37,923 bases of DNA from Chiloscyllium plagiosum. Lineage: Eukaryota. This document shows positions 23,347-34,664 of the stretch, in pieces (positions within the stretch are counted from its first letter, which is position 1; each line of letters starts with the position of its first letter). The notes beneath the pieces were generated by a model, which had not been told where the DNA came from, made no database searches, and saw only the letters and a program-made list of their open reading frames with translations. Location of the stretch: the NCBI RefSeq assembly GCF_004010195.1, contig NC_057752.1, positions 4,838,122-4,876,044 of the forward strand. The letters are read 5' to 3'. Position numbers and translations under genes: made by a program.

Positions 23347-23394
23347 CAGATAAATCCTGTGTTGAGCTCTTGCCCTACAGGAGGTCTAACACAA

Positions 23395-25190
23395 CCTTGT
23401 ATTTATGTTTCACCTTTAACATATTTGAATGTGTCATTATGTTTCACAGGAGCAATATAAAGCAAAATATGACACTGGGCCACGCAAGGAGATATTACGT
23501 TAGGTTAGATAACCGAAAGCTTGACTAAGTGAGGAAAGGAAGGTGTAGGGACAAAGAGGTGTAGGGAGAGAGTTGCAGAGCTTGAGGCCTGGGCAGCTGA
23601 AGGTAGACGCGCCAATGTTGGAGCGATTAAGGTCAGGGAGCTGAAGAGGTCAGAATTGTAGGAACTCAGATCTTGGAGGGTAATGAGGTTGGAGGAGATT
23701 CCAGGGATGGGATTTGAAACCAAGGATGAGAATTTTAAAAAGATGACTTTGCTTGACCAGGAGCCAATGCAGATCAGTGAGTGCAGAGGTGATAAAGGAA
23801 TGGGATTTGGTGCGAGTTAAGACACAGAAGCAGAATTTTGGACACTCTCAGGTTTATGGAAGGTAGAATCAGAGAGACTAGTGTGAACTGAAATATACAA
23901 GTTTCAATGTAGTTAGGGTACGAATGAAGATTTCAACAGTAGATAAAGTCAAGACTGGGGTGAGGTCAGGTAATGTCTCAGAGGCAAAAATAGGATATCT
24001 GTGTTGGTGCAAGTGTTTGTTTGGAAGCTGATCTCAGTATCAAATATGACACTGAAGTTGTGAACAGCTATTGCCTGGGAGATGGGTTGAGTCAGTAGCA
24101 AGGAATAGAGTTTGACGCAGGAGATGAAAAACAATGGCTTCGATCTTCCCAACATTTAGTTGGAAGAAATTTCTGCTCCTGCAATCCTGGATGTTGGATA
24201 TGAGGTCTGATTATCGAGGGGAGAGAGCGCGAGAGAGCTATGTTGTCACTAAGGGGACAGGGTGTAGATGAGAAATAGGAGATGCATCAGGAGAGATTCA
24301 CAGGGGAACACCAGAGGGAATGAGAGTGGGATCAGGAGCAAGAGAGAAGGCATTGTGAGTGATTCTTTGGCTAAGATGAGAGAGATAAGAATGGAACCAG
24401 GAGAGAGCAGATCCCCCCCCCCCCCATTAGCTGGACAACAGTGGAGAGGTGTTGGATGAGGCTGGTATGGTCACCATGACAACAGTTGCACATAGGGAAA
24501 CTTTCCCTCCTCGACCTTTGTCCCAGTCACACAGGACGTCAATGCTCATTTTGATGAGAGCTGCTTCAGTATTGTGGCAGGGTCATAATCACAATTTGGA
24601 GGGATTCAAACATGGAGCTCGAGAAAAGATGCAAATGGACTTGGGAGGTGACAGGTTTGTCGAGAAAAGGGGAGGTTCGTCATGGGAGAGTAGTTTGCAA
24701 GGACAGCGAGGTCAAGAGTTCATTTGTTGAGGAGAGGGGTAACAATGGCAGATTTAAGAGAGAAGGGGCCAGCACCTGAAGAATAAAAATTATTAACCAT
24801 GTCAGCTAAGATCCAGGAGAAAAATTGGGTAGTGCATTGTTAAAAAGTTTGAGGGAACAGGAGGCAGGTCTTATGGACAAGGATGTGTTCAGAGAGAGCA
24901 CAAGGGCAGATAGGAAAGGAACTAAAGATAATTGCAAGTTAGGGTCAAGACAGGGTAGTTTGGCTCAGTGAATAAGTGGAAGGGAAATAACAGAAGAAAC
25001 AGAATGGATGATCATGAGCTCCACACGTTATTGGAGGTTAAATGGAGGAGACAGGAAGAGGGGTTTAAGATGACAGTTTGCAGTGGAGGAAAGAAGTTAG
25101 GGTTATCTTTGCATTTTAAGATGATGCTGTGATATTGAGCAGCTTTCGCAGATACAAGTGGGACACGATAATGTATTCAGTGGTCTGGCC
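23395..25190 (-). mobile_element. Old L2-clade LINE
   Basis: Minus strand HNTEAALIKMSIDVL (cf. HSTETALxKVxND) near 24530-24575; L2-like C-terminus and 3' end near 23400-23450; heavily degraded. Confidence 0.75.
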
Positions 25191-25954
25191 AGACAGAGAT
25201 GATTTTAACTATAGAGTTATTTCACCTTCAATGGAATGAGACGGTTCTATAGTTAATTTTATTGTGTAAGCACTCACACACATTTGTTACAGCAATCAGG
25301 TGAAGATAATTACTAAAGGAGCATCAACATTATAGCAGAGAAATTAGGAAAGTGAAGGAAAATGATGCTGTCAAGACCTTTATTTGAAAGAGGTCTGCTC
25401 AATGGGATAAAGTCAACTGCAACATGATAATCAGATCACTGTGTGATACAATCTTATACAGCCATTTGTGCAGTTGTCAAGCAGACTGTTTTGCCAATCC
25501 CATTTCTCTCCTCCCAGGAGTGTTGTTGGATTACAAGGTAACTACAAGGCTTCCCTTCCCAGGATGTCATGGTAAACAGCAATGGCAAGCGATTTAATCA
25601 GAGTCGGGGCTGGAGCTCCCCTCCTTTAACATCGACTTACATTTGCCTTGTGATCAGGAACAGCGACTATGGCTAACTTCCTTCTCTCGCTTCAAAATCA
25701 ATTACATTCCTCTTCTGGGATTTCAGTTGTGACTGACTGACGTAGTGTAGACTAGGAAGTCCAGTCTGAGACATACCTGCTATGTATCAATTCTATTTCT
25801 TTTCTTTTGATTTCATATCTTTATTTGGTGCAGCACTTTGACATAATGCAATCAGGTGTTCCTAAATGAAAACCTTTCCTCTTTTTCAAGAAAGCAAAGA
25901 GTGGATTTTAATTGAATTTTTTTAAGCTATCATCAATACATTATTTTTCCAGTA

Positions 25955-26140
25955 TTTTTGTCTTCTCCCCACTACTCTTGAAGGTGACTAGGCAGTCCCT
26001 CATGGCTGCCACCTCACTCAAGTAGATATTGAGCCACCAAATGATACATACATGGGAGGAATCAGAGCCAAGTCTGGTCTTCTCTGTGGCTCATACACAG
26101 ACTCCATTATCATCAGAAATCATTACACTAGCTGTTTCCA
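25955..26140 (-). mobile_element. LF-SINE-like 3' fragment
   Basis: Reverse complement ctacttgagtgaggtggc..caccttcaagagtagtggggagaag resembles the LF-SINE 3' end as I recall it. Confidence 0.45.
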
Positions 26141-26475
26141 CTCCTACCCATTATACATGAAGGTCAACTCCCTACTCTGGCTGAGTGGTGCACAGTAAGA
26201 CTCAAACCTACTATTTACTAGACTCTGAGACAGTGTGAGATAATATTATGAAATTAATCATTGAACCGTCAAACTTGGGAATTAACTTTGGCATATGTGG
26301 ATTAATCAGATTAGGGCAGAGGGAGTGGAGATTAGTTGGACTGGGTTTACCATAAATCTGGGGGGTCAGCCTTATTCTGATGCCTGATCAGATCCAAGAA
26401 GGTTTTGTTTCCCACTTCGGAAGGTGGGAATTACTGCGGTAGGATTTAAAAAGCCTACAGCAACGTCAAGGATAG

Positions 26476-27118
26476 AAGAAAAACACCTTTGACCACAAGT
26501 CCATTAGGAAGTGGTCAGCACGTAGTGTCCTAGAGACCCTTCGGGAAAAGGAGAGGGCGGATCCTATCGAGCGGTTCCCTGAGCAGACTGTCAAAGCCAT
26601 TTGGCAGAATGCCTCATCGCCAGAACTTTCCAACAAGCACCAAGACATGGCTTGGCTGGTGGTGAGAAGGGCTCTGCCTGTGAGATCCTTTATGCACGCC
26701 CGGACTCTCAGCCGCACCGCACGCTGCCCTCGAAGCGGCTGCAGGGGGGACGAGACTGTCACACACCTCCTTCTGGAATGTGCCTATGCAGGGGAAGTCT
26801 GGAGAGGAATGTCGGGTCCAGGACTACGTGTTGAGGGACGCGCTGAAGCTTGGGGCAGCTGCCGCCAAGGCGTGGTGGGGAAAGACCACTGTGTAACATC
26901 TGCCTGTCTAACGAAGAACAGGGGGCCCATGCAGTCATTTGGGCTCTGCTGACGCCTCAGCTAATTATATGGGCATATGATTGAAAAATGTACAGACCTG
27001 TATAAAAATGATAAATTCTGATCTCTGTATGTAAATGTTGACATATGTATGGCATGACCAATTGTACAGACCATCAAATTATTTTATGAATAAAGTATAT
27101 TTTTTGAAATAAAAAAAA
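26476..27118 (+). mobile_element. 5'-truncated Tx1-like (L1 group) LINE with poly(A) and 11-bp TSD
   Basis: WQNASSPELSNKHQDMAWLVVRRALPVR..CPRSGCRGDETVTHLLLEC (CCHC knuckle), AATAAA and poly(A). TSD GTCAAGGATAG at 26465-26475 and 27119-27129; internal deletion near 26810. Confidence 0.92.
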
Positions 27119-27134
27119 GTCAAGGATAGGGGTA

Positions 27135-27500
27135 TTTCAAAGGCACTTCTCATAACCTCGGGATATTCTAGAGTGCTTCAAGGCCAATTAGATACTTTTA
27201 GTCACTGTTGAAATGTAGGGAACATGGCCAATCTGCAACTAACAAGCTCCCATCTCAATGATATAACGATCAGATTTTTTTAAAAAAAGTTATGTTTATT
27301 TGCCAAGTAACTAGACAGAACTCTTCAAAATGGGATCTTCATCCTCAGATGCAAACAGGACTTTGAATCAACGTCTTAATTAAAAGATAGTCGCTCCAAC
27401 AGCGCAGTGCTCCCTTAGTGCTGCACTGGAGTGTCAGCGTGGATCGCATGCTTGTGTCTAAACGACACCCTTGTAACAAAGCGATAAGACGATCACCCAG
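27135..27500 (-). mobile_element. DeuSINE-like (SacSINE1/AmnSINE1-related) relic
   Basis: ctccaacagcgcagtgctcccttagtgctgcactggagtgtcagc is the reverse complement of the Deu-domain-like gctgacactccagtgcagcactaagggagcactg. Confidence 0.7.
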
Positions 27501-28524
27501 TTAGCCAGGATTGATATCTCTGGGCTGTAGTTGATAGGACTGAAAGACTTTGCACTCTTTCTTTCTGGAAGATAATCCACAACAGCACTTAAGTGACGAA
27601 GGGAGGACACGGGAGATATTTATTTTGGATAAAGTATTGTTTGAAGTGAAATTGCTCAGCTGTATATCTGCATTAGGCCAGTAGGGGACAGTCAGCTCTC
27701 ACTGACTCACACCCACACGTTGGCACCAGACATTTTGTGATGCGGGCTGTATCAGGGAAAGATGCAGGAGATTTGAATCCCAAACCCTTTTTGTTTAATA
27801 AGTAACCGAAGTACGATATTTACATACCTTAAAAGCAGGCTTGCTATAATTGCCTGTGGACAAACATCAACATCATAAACAGAGGCAAGCACAGCATGAG
27901 CAACTCTTATTCTAACCTCAAAATGGTGGAATCCACCCCACCCATATATCTTTGTTCCTCGCCTACCATCTAGAAGCTTCTAAAACCCGAAAGATGTCAT
28001 GTCATCAGTACTTCCTGATTGAGTTTTAACAATAGATTCTTCACTTTAAATAAAATCCTTACCATTCAAAACATACCGCACAGCTAAGCGTACATAATAA
28101 CTCTTAAGTCCTTGCTGAAAATTTGCTTCCCAAATCGCTTGACAAGACTTCACACACCCAAAACAAAACTCGTACTCCCGCTTTCCAGCCCTAATCTTTT
28201 CCCTTTCTACTCTTTAAGATACTGACACAAGCTAGACTTATTTTCACCAGAGGAAGCCATTCAGCCCCTCAAGGCTGTTCCAGCATTTAATTATAATCAA
28301 GACTGATTCATCCTTTAATTGCAAATACCCATCTTGGTTCCAAAACATTGAACACAATCAGTCAATCAAAGTCTGCACCACAAAGGCACCCAGGTATCCA
28401 ATTTCTTGCTACATTTGAACCCATGTTGCTTGATGTGTTAAATTGATATCTGTGTGGAATCAATGCCCTTCATTTACCTCCAATTGGTCTGTGTTTTTCT
28501 AAGGTACAAAAATTCTAAGATCCA

Positions 28525-28750
28525 GGGACTCTTTTGGTGTGGTGGTAGTGTCCCTAATTCTGACCCAGGAAGCCCAGATTCAAGTTCCACCTGCTCTAGA
28601 GGGGTGTTATAACATATCAGAACAGGTTATGATAAAATATCTAGACCCAAACCCACCAAGGAGCTCTTGTGGTACAATAGTAGCATCTGGGTTTGAGTCC
28701 TAGCTGCTCCTGAGGTGTGTTCCAACACATGTGAACAGATTAAGATAACT
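28525..28750 (+). repeat. Two tandem diverged tRNA-like-headed units
   Basis: ctcttttggtgtggtggtag..ttcaagttccacctgctc..gaacaggtt and ctcttgtggtacaatagtag..gtttgagtcctagctgctcc..gaacagatt, ~135 bp apart. Confidence 0.55.
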
Positions 28751-28796
28751 AAACCTTACCACAATGTGTATCACTTTTCAGTTGTTTCTCAGTCTT

Positions 28797-28834
28797 GATT
28801 CCTGAAGAAGGGCTTATGCCCGAAACGTCGATTC
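28797..28834 (+). ncRNA. Minimal type I hammerhead ribozyme (family A), intact core
   Basis: gattc-CTGAAGA(28802-08)-A-GGGC-TTAT-GCCC-GAAAC-GTC(28827-29)-gattc. Confidence 0.82.
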
Positions 28835-28891
28835 TCCTGTTCCCTGGATGCTGCCTGACCTGCTGCACTTTTCCAGCAACACATTTCCAGC
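28799..28891 (+). mobile_element. Solo ~93-bp PLE pLTR unit with 12-bp TSD
   Basis: TSD TCTCAGTCTTGA at 28787-28798 and 28892-28903; sequence matches the right arm of 23099-23346. Confidence 0.88.
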
Positions 28892-29319
28892 TCTCAGTCT
28901 TGACACCTTTATAGAATGGGAACGAGTTCAGATTGCCACTATCTTTTGTGTGAGAGGGACAGAAGGACCACAATCTTGGGATGTATTTCAGAATGAGACA
29001 GTGCCTTCAAGAACCAATTAGGAGAACAGGGCAATTTAAAATAAAAACAAGGTTTTTATTTTATAATCAATGATCCTTAGCCTAATGTTTTCATGTGATT
29101 TCATTTTAATGATCTTGATATGATCTTCATTTTGAAACTTAAACCTGAATCCTGGTCTCAATGCTGGAATTAAAGGGTATGGGCCACAGACTAGTCATTA
29201 TCTCACTGAATGGCCTATTCCTGTTCCTATGTTTCAAGGTGTTGCCAATATATATTGCTACATTTCATAGAGGAAGGTTGATGGCTTAGTGGTATTGTTG
29301 CTGGACTACTAATCCAGAA

Positions 29320-29500
29320 AGGAGAAAGTGAGGACTGCAGATGCTGGAGATCAGAGCTTAAAAATGCGTTGCTGGAAAAGCGCAGCAGGTCAGGCAGCAT
29401 TCAAGGAGCAGGAGAATCGACGTTTCGGGCATACGTTTCCTGCTCCTCGGATGCTGCCTGACCTGTTGTGCTTTTCTAGCACCACTCTAATCTAGACTCT
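29320..29500. mobile_element. PLE fold-back unit with deleted ribozyme centre
   Basis: aggagaaagtgaggactgcagatgctgg..tcgacgtttcgggcat joined to ttcctgctcctcggatgctgcctgacctg; no CTGANGA retained. Confidence 0.8.
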
Positions 29501-29532
29501 TAACTTTTAAGGATAAGCAATAAATGCTGTCT

Positions 29533-29746
29533 GAAAATGTGTTGCTGGAACAGCGCAGCAGGTCAGGCAGCATCCAGGGAACAGGAGAATCGACGTTTCT
29601 GGCATAAGCCCTTCTGATTCCTGAGGAAGGGCTTATGCCCGAAATGTCGATTCTCCTGTTCCCTGGATGCTGCCTGACCTGCTGCGCTTTTCCAGCAACA
29701 CATTTTCAGCTCTGATCTCCAGCATCTGCAGACCTCACTTTCTCCT
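29533..29746. mobile_element. Non-coding PLE fold-back element (family A) with 15-bp TSD and hammerhead core
   Basis: TSD CAATAAATGCTGTCT at 29518-29532 and 29747-29761; arms ~29531-29615 / 29625-29709; CTGAGGA-A-GGGC-TTAT-GCCC-GAAAT-GTC at 29621-29648. Confidence 0.92.
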
Positions 29747-31279
29747 CAATAAATGCTGTCTAGCCAGCAACGCTCATGAATAATTTTTTTTTTATCCAGC
29801 TGGAGGTCTTATCACAGGCTGTGGTACACTGCAGAATGGTGTCCATGTAAAGATTTCCTACTACACACTTCTATACTTCTGAGTGAAGAGTAAAGATGTC
29901 CAGTGTAGATCACAGATTTAAAATGAAATATTTCTGAAATAAATGGGAGCACAGTTTCCGGATAATTATTAACAATTCATCATAAACGACACCTAAAGTA
30001 GATTTTGAGATCAAATGTGTTCTGGGCAGACCTGTCCCTGTTCCCAGATGACTGCTGAAATACATCAGATTTCTTACAATTCAATTGCTTGGCGCCTGTC
30101 ACCGCATGTGGGAGGTGAATCCTTCCACAATGTCAGTCCGTGTCTCTGGATGTTAGTGAGGTTGATCCCCAAGATGCTGTATTGTCCTTGCGCCATCTAA
30201 ACCATCCCACACATCTAAGAGAGGCTGAATACGGCGCGTCATTGCTCAACAAAAATGCAACCTACACATGCAATTGTGTAACGACGTGAAAACAATAAGA
30301 TTCTCTGCTCTCCATTCGCCTCCCCAGTCAGGTGACAGCTGGGATTTAATTTTTATACTGCCTACAGCAGTGCACGAGGCTTGCGAGACGACAGGCTTCC
30401 AATGTTAATTCATCCTCGTTGCCCAGACGGATTTGTCAGCTGAAATAACCCCATAGCCACCAACATTCTGTGTCTAAAAGTAGCTATTACACTTTGAATG
30501 CAAGAACACCAAATGTCACTTATGCACACAGACCTCCCACACACACACGTTGTGTTTCGCCCAGTTCCTTAGTAAATTCAGAGACTGACTTGAGAGCTCT
30601 GAAAATGACTTCATAAAGTAACAATAAAACCTCTGCAGCTGACTTGCTGCATTCTGGTTCAGCAGCGGAACTGAGAGTTTCAGGTATTAAGGGAAACTGA
30701 GCCAGCGGCTTTTACTGCTGCTGTTCGGCATTGTTGCACGGATTACCACACCGCTTCCTCCAATTTCCTTATCGCGACAGATTTGCAAGTCTGCTATCAC
30801 GAGAAAGGAGGATACGTTTGGTCGCATGAATGCTGGAGTTGCATAGAGACTGATGTATTCCAGTTGTTGTTTTCAAGTGACCGTGGCAATACACAACCAA
30901 ACATGAATTTTAACCGCAGCATACTTTAGCTTGCTGGCTTTAGGCCTCTCACAACCTATCAAAAGATGATAAAAGGACCCAGCCGGTTACTGTAACCGCT
31001 GCTTGTGCAGTTGGCATGTGGTCTGCTGACTGGGAATTGAATCAAAATTCTAATTCTCAAGTCGCGTCAGTGCACAGAGTACAGGGCAACTGTTCAATCA
31101 GCTGCTCCAAGAACCTGCTGAATCTCTCATTCTCGCATGTTGTAACTGAAACAAAGCTGAATCTGAACCCAGGCTACGGCTCCATTCATTGTAAAGCTGG
31201 TACTGTTGTGTGAACTTAGTATGGTGAGCCTCCTTTGTAGTACTTATGCACTAGCAATGAGGGGATCGAAAATTACAAT

Positions 31280-31455
31280 GATCTTTCGTGCCCATCTGAG
31301 AGATTAGGCTAAATCTAACATCTCATTTGAAAGATAGCAGTTCCAACAGTGCAGCACTCCCTCAGTTAATTGTGTACTCAAGCCTCGAGACTGAAGTTTA
31401 AACCTAGGATCTTCTAACTGAGGTGAAAGTGTTACCTTCTCAGTCGCAGCCATTT
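31280..31455 (-). mobile_element. DeuSINE-like relic
   Basis: catctcatttgaaagatagcagttccaacagtgcagcactccctcagt, homologous to 27370-27420. Confidence 0.6.
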
Positions 31456-31659
31456 GCTTTATGCACAATAGACTCAGAAATGGCATTGACCCACATTAAA
31501 GATTGTTCTAACATAGAAGGGGAGGAGAGTGCAATTAATAAAAACAAAGTTCTATGAAATCCGATATAGAAACAGAAAAGACAGGTGAGACAGCAGGTTC
31601 GGGAGCATCTGTGGAGAGAGGAACATGGTCCATGGACAGAACTTTCTGCTTCAGAGGTG

Positions 31660-32372
31660 ATGAGTCTGGAGGCAGAAAGAGCACTTTATCAGGCCAGGGT
31701 GGGGTTGTACCCAAACCTCACTGCTTTGTTGGCTGTTCTGGTACAGCCAAAGTCCCCTGGCTGACCTTCCTGCCTGATTAATTACCACTTAAGGGCATCA
31801 GTCTGCTGTAGGCCTTTGCAATGCAATGTGCCCGACAGATTGGCCCTTGTGGGCAACTTGCCAGCTGTGGGGTGAGTCCCTCCATTAATGGCATCCAGTG
31901 CCTGATTGAAGGATTGGACATCAGGTGGGGCATATCTGTTGGCAGCCACCCTGCCCTTGCTTTGAACACCCCCTCCAACGTCCCTGCACCATGAATGCCC
32001 CCTCCATAACATCACTTCCTATTGTCCTGGGTCCTCCACAAGTCTGGCACTTGGCTCTTCTGCCAGCAGCCATGGCCACCTCCATGGCATTGTCGAATAC
32101 ATTGAGAAATACAGGCCTCTGACCGGCTGGGTAGGACTACCAAACCAGGAAGCTGATACCAGGAAAAGGCCCTACTGAAGAGGGAGATGGCATGGGGCAG
32201 GGTGACACTTGGCACACGGACACACAAGATGGCTGCTGAGCCATCAGTTGGCCAACTTGACACACAAGATGGCCACCAGATCACAATATGGAGAGAGACA
32301 GCAGAGCAGATACAAACACTGCCTGGGGCCACCAGAATGCCAGCACAATGCACTCACAACGCAGTTGATTAG
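31660..32372 (+). mobile_element. Probable PIF/Harbinger relic with Myb/SANT-like fragment
   Basis: ITIWRETAEQIQTLPGATRMPAQC matches the W..IA..V......R...QC pattern; boundaries approximate. Confidence 0.45.
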
Positions 32373-32392
32373 TTTAAGGAAGGTGGGGGAGA

Positions 32393-32526
32393 GCATGTTC
32401 CTGATGAAGGGCTTTTGCCCGAAACGTCGATTTTGCTGCTCGTCAGATGCTGCCTGAATTGCTGTGCTCTTCCAGCACCACTGATCCAGAATCTGGTTTC
32501 CAGCATCTGCAGTCATTGTTTTTACC
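32393..32526 (+). mobile_element. PLE pLTR unit
   Basis: Near-identical to 208-332. Confidence 0.85.
32398..32431 (+). ncRNA. Minimal type I hammerhead ribozyme, intact core
   Basis: ttc-CTGATGA(32401-07)-A-GGGC-TTTT-GCCC-GAAAC-GTC(32426-28)-ga. Confidence 0.82.
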
Positions 32527-32529
32527 AGA

Positions 32530-33002
32530 TGAGTAACAGGTCCAGCCAACACCTCTCATAGAAATGCTAACAGCTTGATACAGACTCAATACAAAGTGCT
32601 AATAGCCAGGACTGCAGTAATCCTCCTCCTCAGGAAGAGCGATTAATGCTCATTACTACAGCAATGGACATCCGCTCAGACATTGAAACTGACAACGACC
32701 ACATGGAAATTAACAAAGGTTGTGCTGAAACTGACAAAGACTGTATTGAAACTATCAACCATTCTGTAATGATTGCCATAAACAAACCATGTTACAAAGA
32801 CAATAATCTCATCACTGACCTATTGTATCACAAGAGGGATAAAAGTTTCTTGACATGTGCTCCAGGTCGAGAGAAGACTTACAACTGACCACTGTGCTGT
32901 TGGTGTCTTTCTCTCTCCCGGAGCTCCAGTATTTCCTTGTACAATAAACTCTGTCATTGAACCCCGACTCTGAATCCAAGGCTGGTGATTTTCCCCACAA
33001 CA
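32530..33002 (+). mobile_element. Possible solo LTR (ERV/Gypsy-like)
   Basis: Short internal repeats (gaaactgacaa), TATA-like gataaaag at ~32838, AATAAA at 32943, terminal ttttccccacaaCA; 5' boundary and TSD not established. Confidence 0.4.
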
Positions 33003-33042
33003 CTACCACTCACTGACTGCCATGTGGTCCAGGGGACTTCCC

Positions 33043-34192
33043 TTCTTTTTAAATTTCAAAAATATACTTTACTCATAAAAATACCTTTATATACACACGT
33101 AGTGCCTAAGGCAATTCGGTTCTATACAGTAGCATGTGGAGCAACAAACAAACCAAAGACATTTCTTACTTGTATAAGATTATATTTACATGCATCTGAG
33201 GCACTGGGAGAATCCGATAACTGAACAGACCCCCATTTGCCTTCAGCAGAAAGCCTTCAGACAGTGGTCTTTCCCCACTGCGCCTTGGCGGTAGCTGGCC
33301 CAGGCTTTAGTGTGTCCCTCAGCACGTAGGCCTGGACCTTGGAATGTGCCAGTCTGCAACACCCAGCCAAGGGTCAACTCCTTGTTCTGGAAGGCCAACA
33401 AGGTTCAGGCAGATCAAAGAGAATCTTTCACTGAGTTAATGGTCCTCCAGACGCAGACGATGTTTTTCTCAGTGTGCTTCCTGGGGAACAGCCCGTAGAG
33501 CACAGAGTCCTGAGTCACGGCGCGGCTCAGGACAAACCTCAACAGAAACCACTGCATCTTTCTCTGGACTTCCTTTGTGAAGGCACCTTCCAGCAGGAGA
33601 TGTGTGACAGTCTCTACCCTGCTTCAAGGACAGCCTACAGTCGTGCAGACAGACCAGGCATTCAGGAAGGATCTGACAGGTAGTGCCCTTATCACCACCA
33701 ACCAAGCGATGTCTTGGTGCTTGTTGGAAAGTCCTGGTGATGCGGCATTCTGACAAATGACATTGACAGTCTGCTCAGGGAACCATATGACAGGATCTAC
33801 ACTCTCCTTTTCCTGCAGGGTCTCAAGGATGCCACAGGCTGACCAATTCCTGATGGAGTTATGGTCAAATTGCTTTTCTTTACAAATTTCTCCACAAAGG
33901 ACAGGTGATTTGGAAGGGTCCAACTACTTGGAGCTTTCCACAGCAACAAGGCCAGTCCCACCTTTCACATCACTGGACCAAGGAGAATTTCAGTACAGAG
34001 TGACACTTATTGTTTCCCTGCCGAGGGTCTCTACACAACTTGATGCAAATGCACACAAAGGTGGCCATCAGAATGAAGGTGGAGTTGGGTACGTCTTTGC
34101 CCCCTCTACCCCCTTATCCAGACATTTGTACATGGTGTGCCTGCAGACGCAATCCAGCTTAGACCTCAGGATGAAGTGGAAGATGGCTTGGG
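33043..34192 (-). mobile_element. Tx1-like LINE 3' portion (older relative of 26476-27118)
   Basis: FDHNSIRNWSACGILETLQEKESVDPVIWFPEQTVNVICQNAASPGLSNKHQDIAWLVVIRALPVRSF; 3' end atatactttactcataaaa. Confidence 0.9.
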
Positions 34193-34590
34193 TCATAGAG
34201 TCTTAGAGTCCTGCAGCACAGAGACAAGCCCTTTGGGCCAAATTGGTCCATGCCGACCAAAATGTCCATCCACTCTAACCCCACTCCCTGCACTTGGCCC
34301 ATATCCTTCCAAACCTTTCCTTTCCATGTACTTGTCCAAATGCCTTTTAAATGTTGTCAATGTATCCACCTCAACCACTTCTGCAGGCAGCTCATTCCAT
34401 GTGCATACCACCCTCTGTGTAAAAAAGTTATCCCTTGGGTTCACTATTATTCTTTCCCCTCTAACCTTAAACTGATGCCCTCTAGTCCTTGATTCCCCAA
34501 CACTGGGAAAAAGACTGAGTGCATTCACCCTATCCGTGCCTCTCATGATCTTATACACTTCTATCAGGTCCCCCCTCAGTCTTGCCCTAT
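34193..34590 (-). mobile_element. CR1 LINE 3' end
   Basis: RLRGDLIEVYKIMRGTDRVNALSLFPSVGESRTRGHQFKV..FFTQRVVCTWNELP. Confidence 0.92.
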
Positions 34591-34664
34591 GATAGTAGTG
34601 TTGAAGAGGATAGTGTTGCCCTATGATAGAAGAGGAACACCTATACAAGGTATTCGCCAAAAAC

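Larger units (their letters stand above)
29272..29780 (+). mobile_element. tRNA-derived SINE (same family as 13283) disrupted by two PLE units
   Basis: Head gatggcttagtggtattgttgctggactactaatccaga; tail gcaataaatgctgtctagccagcaacgctcatgaat. Confidence 0.65.

Noticed and set aside
23060..23353. ORF with repeated QENRRFGHKPFFR peptide
   Set aside because: By-product of the tandem/inverted ribozyme unit.
25518..25537. 20-nt plus-strand micro-exon (cccag|GAGTG..CAAG|gtaact)
   Set aside because: Isolated, with no partner exons; such matches arise by chance.
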